DNA of 47,493 nucleotides from Selaginella moellendorffii (taxonomy: Eukaryota > Plantae > Lycopodiophyta): the NCBI RefSeq assembly GCF_000143415.4, contig NW_003314374.1, positions 88,981 through 136,473 of the forward strand, given 5' to 3'. Below the pieces are notes generated by a model that made no database searches, was not told the DNA's origin, and was given only the letters and a program-made list of their open reading frames with translations. This document shows positions 45,991 to 47,493 of this stretch, one piece after another; position 1 is the stretch's first letter; the number at the start of each line of letters is the position of its first letter. Both the position numbers and the translations under genes were made by a program.

Positions 45991-47493
45991 AGTCAAGATT
46001 AATATATGGACATTATCAAAGTCATAGACAATGATATCGTAGAGATTTAATTATCAGTGAATAAAGCTTAGATTAGAACACAAAAGTATTCTAAATAAGT
46101 TATTATTTGATAAACTAGTATTACAGTATAGGAACCACCAAGATCACTATCATTGGAAAACATAGAATTCACCATCCAACAAAATTCAATACCAAGTATA
46201 TCATCAAGTAAACTCAATGATAAAACTTAACAACTGAAGGTTATAAACAGTATGTCAAACAAGTTACCAAAGATAACTCAAAGAACACAAAGTATCATTG
46301 ATTGACAAGCATAATGCTCACGAATGTATCACCCAAACAATCAACATAACTAAATGAATGTGGTAAAACTAACAAACACTTATTCATGCCAACTATTGCA
46401 CCAATCAATCGGAATAAATCCCGGTCAATAATACTAAGGAACCAGAGTTGCTCAAGCAAGTGCCAATAACATCTTACTGATGTCTCAAACCCAAGAGACT
46501 AATCCAGAGCAAACCACAAAAAACATGTGGTATTGCAAAAAGCTATAAGCTATCAAAGAGAACAACTAACCATTATGAAAGATCATCAATTATCCCATTA
46601 ATGAAGAGATGCATAATCATTGTTGAAGAAGGAATTCACCATCTCGAAGAATGGCAAATCATTATATACCAACAATAATCAAGAAAAATCTTCGACAAGG
46701 ATAATCAATTATCCTAGATGATACTCAATCATTATCAATGATTGCTAGATGCAAAAACTAACTTCAACATCAAAGCTAATGAGCTAAAATGCCTTCCCCA
46801 ACAACTTTGAACAAATGGAATAATGAGCATGAAAACTCAAGGAACCAAAAGCTCAAAGAAGCTTATAGCCAAGTCATGTTTAGCAATGATCACGAATCTC
46901 ACATGAACTAACTTCAATGCTAAAGAAGAAAATCATGGTACAACCCACAATATCCTCCTCAACACATCCATAAGCCAAACTTCATAATACTAAAGCTAAT
47001 GAAGAGTATATCTGCATCAATCCAAAAGCTAAGCATAACAAAACAATGCTCAACAAGTGATCATCAAACGATCCTCCATGAATCCATCTATAGCAAGACG
47101 TAACGCATATCGTAACAAGCACAAAAGAAATCATCAATGATCAATATATTCCAACTCAAATCCAATAAGGATTTAAATATTCAATATCAATCACTAACTC
47201 ATCTTCTCATAAAGCTAGTATAGTTTATGACTAAATCACTTTTTAAGGAAAAGTTAAAGCTCAACCCCTACTAGACAATCTCGTCTAAAACACAACTAAC
47301 TTAACTTGCCACTCAGTTCATTTGAATGTTAAATACATTTGCTACTAGTTAATGCATGAATGCTAATAACACAAAGCCATAGCCAAATCATCAACATTAT
47401 CTTCATTAAGAATATGAGAAACTCATGTCATCCTAAAAGAGAACATCTCATCTCACTTGGGATCTCAACATCATAATGGTCACGATAAAGCAT

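Overview
Eukaryotic land-plant nuclear DNA. The 50-70 nt introns, GC-rich exons, very tight gene packing and SS-rich PLS-class PPR gene suggest a lycophyte such as Selaginella (inference). A compact gene island (about 12.4-31.5 kb) holds eight genes: a P-class PPR, LpxC, a kinesin-4 (FRA1/KIN4A type), a PLS-class PPR, a WDR26-like LisH/CTLH-WD40 protein, an HDHD3-like HAD hydrolase, a small secreted Asp-Tyr peptide precursor and a signal-peptide-peptidase-like protease. Both flanks are nested, decayed transposons: Ty3/gypsy chromovirus copies and their LTRs (family A), a repeat-rich solo LTR (family B), a three-LTR TRIM and a hAT transposase relic. The most notable observations are: (1) the LpxC stop codon lies only 17 nt upstream of the PPR start codon on the same strand, with the PPR frame open back through LpxC exons 5-6, suggesting a bicistronic or splice-switched locus; (2) a 126-aa secreted precursor carries three tandem DY (RGF/GLV/PSY-like) sulfopeptide motifs; (3) an SPP-family protease has a plastid-transit-like N-terminus. 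All gene models were read by hand and are unverified by transcript data.
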